Positions 60,885 to 64,000 of a DNA stretch of 64,000 bases are shown piece by piece (positions within the stretch are counted from its first letter, which is position 1; every line of letters begins with the position of its first letter). The notes below the pieces were generated by a model. That model saw only the letters and a program-made list of their open reading frames with translations, searched no databases and was not told the DNA's origin. Position numbers and translations under genes: made by a program. This DNA is from Thermodesulfobacteriota bacterium (GTDB lineage Bacteria; Desulfobacterota_D; UBA1144; Nemesobacterales; UBA2774), in assembly GCA_035325995.1 (NCBI GenBank), contig DAOKYU010000004.1, positions 69,415-133,414 of the forward strand, given 5' to 3'.

Positions 60885-61913
60885 ATGAACGAGAAGAACC
60901 GGAATTACACGATGCCCGCCGAATGGGAGCCTCACGAAGCCGTGTGGCTCGCGTGGCCCTACGACGAGATCACATTCCCCGACAGAGTGGAAGATGCAGA
61001 GGATACGTTCGTCGAAATAATAAAGGCGCTCGAAGGAAGCGAGAGGGTCGAGCTCCTCGTCCTCGACGATGAGATGAAGGAGAGGGTCCGGGAGAAGCTC
61101 GCATCGGGCGGCGTCGGGGACGATGCCGTCGAATTCCGCGCGACGGACTACGCCGACGTATGGCTCAGGGACACCGGGCCTGTTTTCGTAAGGGACGGTC
61201 GAGGCAGGAAGATTATAACGAAGTGGATATTCAACGCGTGGGGAGACAAGTTCCCCGAGCTTTTAAAGGACGGTGAGATTCCCGGGAAGATATCGCGGTG
61301 GAAAGACCTTCCGCTCGTAAAAGCCGACGCCGTAGTCGAGGGGGGTGCGATAGACGTAAACGGCGCCGGCGTGTGCCTCACGACGGAGCAGTGCCTCCTT
61401 AACGAAAACAGGAACCCCGGGATGACAAAGGGAAACATAGAGAGATTTCTCGGGGATTTCCTCGGGGTCAGGAAAACGATATGGCTCGGTGACGGGCTTC
61501 TCAACGACCACACCGACGGGCACATAGACGAGATAGCCCGCTTCGTCTCGCGTGACACCATAGTCTGCGCTTTCGAGGACGACGAGGACGACGAGAACTA
61601 CGCGGCGCTTCGGGTGAACTACGAGATACTGTCGGACGCGACCGGCCTCGACGGGAAGCCCTTCGATATAATAAAGCTGCCGATGCCGCACGTAAGATAC
61701 GATGACGGCGAAAAGGCCCCCGTCTCGTATACCAATTTTTACATAGGCAACACTGTCGTGCTCGCGCCCGTATTTAACGACGAGAACGATAGTCATGCGC
61801 TTCGGATACTGGCGAAATGCTTCCCCGGGCGGAAGCTCGTCCCCATCGACTGCAGCGATATTATTTACGGCGGCGGGGCGATCCACTGCATGACGCAGCA
61901 GGAGCCCCTTTAG
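60885..61913 (+). CDS. aguA: Agmatine deiminase
   Basis: MPAEWEPHEAVWLAWP… N-terminus and a C-terminal catalytic Cys motif GGGAIHCMTQQ. Confidence 0.9.
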   Translation: MNEKNRNYTMPAEWEPHEAVWLAWPYDEITFPDRVEDAEDTFVEIIKALEGSERVELLVLDDEMKERVREKLASGGVGDDAVEFRATDYADVWLRDTGPVFVRDGRGRKIITKWIFNAWGDKFPELLKDGEIPGKISRWKDLPLVKADAVVEGGAIDVNGAGVCLTTEQCLLNENRNPGMTKGNIERFLGDFLGVRKTIWLGDGLLNDHTDGHIDEIARFVSRDTIVCAFEDDEDDENYAALRVNYEILSDATGLDGKPFDIIKLPMPHVRYDDGEKAPVSYTNFYIGNTVVLAPVFNDENDSHALRILAKCFPGRKLVPIDCSDIIYGGGAIHCMTQQEPL

Positions 61914-62073
61914 CTTTGACTTCATTGGAACCGGTTATAAAATTAGTTGAGGCCTGAAACGGCCCGTTTTTTAACACATTTCACTAAAAAAACCAAGCCC
62001 GTCCGGCGCTGCGAATAACACAGGCGGGGCAGAACACCCCGGAGCCGGAGAGGAGAATAAGGAGAGCGGCAAA

Positions 62074-63096
62074 ATGCCCAAGGTCACGAAAAAGCAGCTT
62101 CTGAAAGAAACGATAAAACACATAGACATCAAAAAGATAGACGGCAAAAAGATAATCGATGCCTACCGCGGGATGTCGTTCTCCTCGCGCGACACGGCAA
62201 GGGCCGCCGACATATTCAACATGAACCTCGCCGACAGGAACGCCTCCGTATGGCTGACGCTTGCGGGCTCGACGTCCGCCGGCGGATGCATGCAGGTCTA
62301 CGCCGACATGGTAAGGCTGAACATGATAGACGTCATCGTCGCCACCGGAGCGTCGATCGTAGACATGGACTTCTTCGAGGCCCTTGGCTTCAAACACTAC
62401 GTCGGCACTCCGTTCATAGACGACGGCATGCTGAGGTCCCTCTACATCGACCGCATATACGACACCTTCATCGACGAGGAAGAGCTCCAGGAATGCGACA
62501 AAACGATTGCCAAGATCGCCGACTCGCTCGAACACCGCCCCTACTCCTCCCGCGAGTTCATACGCGAGATGGGCAAATGGCTCACGAAGAACGCGAAGAA
62601 CAAGAACTCCCTCATACAGGCCGCGTACGAGCACAACGTTCCGATATTCTGCCCGGCGTTTTCGGATTCTTCGGCGGGGTTCGGGCTCGTCTACCACCAG
62701 TGGCACAACCCCGACTCGCACGTCTCCATCGACAGCGTGAAGGACTTCCTCGAGCTCACGAAGATAAAAATGGCCTCGAAGGAAAGCGGGCTATTCATGG
62801 TCGGCGGCGGCGTGCCGAAGAACTTCGCGCAGGACACCGTCGTTGCGGCGGAGGTGCTGGGGAAGGACGTGCCGGTCCACAAGTATGCCGTTCAGATCAC
62901 CGTCGCCGACGTCAGGGACGGAGCCTGCAGCTCCTCGACGCTAAAGGAAGCTTCCTCCTGGGGCAAGGTGAGCACCGTGTACGAGCAGATGGTCTACGCC
63001 GAGGCGACGACCGTCGTGCCGCTCATCGTCGCGAACGCCTACCAGACCGGGAAATGGAAAAAGAGGAAGGCGAGAAACTTCTCGAAGATGCTTTAA
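62074..63096 (+). CDS. Deoxyhypusine synthase family protein (bacterial DHS-like, possible homospermidine-synthase-type enzyme)
   Basis: DHS-family blocks (…LAGSTSAGG…, …VDMDFFEALG…, …GGGVPKNFAQD…). Confidence 0.75.
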   Translation: MPKVTKKQLLKETIKHIDIKKIDGKKIIDAYRGMSFSSRDTARAADIFNMNLADRNASVWLTLAGSTSAGGCMQVYADMVRLNMIDVIVATGASIVDMDFFEALGFKHYVGTPFIDDGMLRSLYIDRIYDTFIDEEELQECDKTIAKIADSLEHRPYSSREFIREMGKWLTKNAKNKNSLIQAAYEHNVPIFCPAFSDSSAGFGLVYHQWHNPDSHVSIDSVKDFLELTKIKMASKESGLFMVGGGVPKNFAQDTVVAAEVLGKDVPVHKYAVQITVADVRDGACSSSTLKEASSWGKVSTVYEQMVYAEATTVVPLIVANAYQTGKWKKRKARNFSKML

Positions 63097-63117
63097 TGTT
63101 TTAAACGACAGGGGCGC

Positions 63118-63858
63118 TCAGGCCGCGAGCCAGGGCGCAGCAGCACTGTCCACGTACCACTCGAGGACGCCGTCCACAGGATTCACCATCGACGAGGGGT
63201 AGGGAAGCTGCCGGCCCTCCCCTTCTAGTATCTGCCGCAGGACGGGCTCCTTGTCCGCCCCCGCGACGAGGAACGAAACCCTCGCCCCGTTGTCGAGCAC
63301 GGGGAACGTCACGCTGACCCTCTTCTGCCCCGTCTGTGGGTGTGTCGCCACGACGCAAATCTTCTCCCTTTCCCTGAGCGTCGGCGCGCCGGGGAAGAGA
63401 GACGCCGTATGTCCGTCGTCCCCCATGCCGAGGAATATCCAGTCGAAGCGCGGGAAACCGTTTCCCGAGGCCGGTACGAATTTACTTATCACTTCGCCGT
63501 AACGCTCGGCCTCTTCCTCGGGCGGGTTCTCGCCGAGTACGCGGTGAACGTTGGGCTCCGGGATGGGTATGTGGGAAAGGAGCGCGAGGTTCGTCATCTT
63601 GAAATTGCTCTCGTCGTCGTCGGGGGGAACGCACCTTTCGTCGCCCCAGAAGAATATCACGCTGTCCCACGGCACGCTGTCCCTGTAAGGCGGCTGCGCG
63701 AGCACCTCGAAAAAGGACTTCGGCGTGTGCCCTCCGGAGAGCGCGACTATCAGCCGTTCCCCCGCGGCAGCCTTTTCCTCTGCCGCGGCCTTGAAATCGG
63801 CCGCGAGACGCGCGGCCATTTCTGCAATACCCGGAAATTTATATATCTCGCGTTTCAT
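63118..63858 (-). CDS. pgl: 6-phosphogluconolactonase
   Basis: LSGGHTP, GDERCVP and GMGDDGHTAS motifs of the NagB/DevB family. Confidence 0.9.
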   Translation of the reverse strand: MKREIYKFPGIAEMAARLAADFKAAAEEKAAAGERLIVALSGGHTPKSFFEVLAQPPYRDSVPWDSVIFFWGDERCVPPDDDESNFKMTNLALLSHIPIPEPNVHRVLGENPPEEEAERYGEVISKFVPASGNGFPRFDWIFLGMGDDGHTASLFPGAPTLREREKICVVATHPQTGQKRVSVTFPVLDNGARVSFLVAGADKEPVLRQILEGEGRQLPYPSSMVNPVDGVLEWYVDSAAAPWLAA

Positions 63859-63869
63859 CGGCCGGTCTC

Positions 63870-64000
63870 CTATAGCTCGGAGTGCTCCCCGTTCGTTGTA
63901 AGATCCTTACAGGGATAGCGCCAGTCCTCCTCCGGCGAATTGAATATATATTTCGCCTCTTCCGGCCCCCACGAGCCGGCCGGGTAGCCGTAAAGCGGTA
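63870..64000 (-). CDS. zwf: Glucose-6-phosphate dehydrogenase, C-terminal fragment (gene continues beyond the right edge)
   Basis: Reverse translation gives …PLYGYPAGSWGPEEAKYIFNSPEEDWRYP…, which matches the conserved G6PD C-terminus (AGSWGP). It ends about 12 bp before the pgl start. Confidence 0.6.
   Translation of the reverse strand, partial: PLYGYPAGSWGPEEAKYIFNSPEEDWRYPCKDLTTNGEHSEL

Noticed and set aside
61940-61975. Rho-independent terminator after aguA (GAGGCCTGAAACGGCCCGTTTTTT)
   Set aside because: There is a U-tract, but only a 4-5-bp imperfect stem. Too weak to call.

Overview
Reading and scope: this is a 64 kb, high-GC (roughly 58-60%) bacterial chromosomal segment, read by eye with no searches run. 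Codon usage favours AGG/AGA (Arg) and ATA (Ile). Coordinates for genes follow the supplied ORF track; coordinates for motifs I located by hand may be off by 1-2 nt.

Core content: most of the window is densely packed housekeeping genes. These include birA, greA, carB, argS, an exbB-exbD-tonB/tolA energy-transduction unit, yebC-ruvC-ruvA-ruvB, rho, ggt, and a glnD-nadB-nadC-nadA block. Further along are a PduO-type corrinoid adenosyltransferase, trxA, ruvX, arfB, amt, thiC, tsaD, a sigma-70-family factor, ispH, an AzgA purine permease, a polyamine block (aguB, aguA and a deoxyhypusine-synthase-like gene), and pgl with a partial zwf at the right edge.

Most distinctive locus (about 3.4-8.2 kb): two tandem paralogous type IV major-pilin (PilA-like) genes are each preceded by a sigma-54-type -24/-12 promoter. 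About 110-125 bp further upstream, each has a conserved palindromic element (GTGACAAAAT[A/T]TGTCAC), a good candidate binding site for a PilR-type enhancer-binding protein. A strong intrinsic terminator sits between the two pilin genes. The pilin pair is followed by an ABC ATPase, an ABC-2 permease and a TPR-like membrane protein. This resembles the pilA-linked PilGHI ABC system known from Myxococcus. No other pilus-assembly genes are in the window.

Other regulatory signals:
- amt is preceded by a sigma-54-type promoter embedded in a 27-bp palindrome.
- A perfect 20-bp palindrome (ATTACCGAATATTCGGTAAT) lies in a divergent promoter region with no regulator gene nearby.
- A MarR-family gene with a Cys-rich tail has palindromic operators in front of itself and in front of the adjacent sigma-factor gene.
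- There are inverted or direct repeats upstream of exbB and glnD.
- The thiC leader apparently lacks a THI-box (TPP riboswitch).

Nothing else: no rRNA, tRNA, CRISPR array or mobile element was recognised. Many long antisense ORFs appear in the six-frame track; these are typical GC-rich shadow frames and were rejected.
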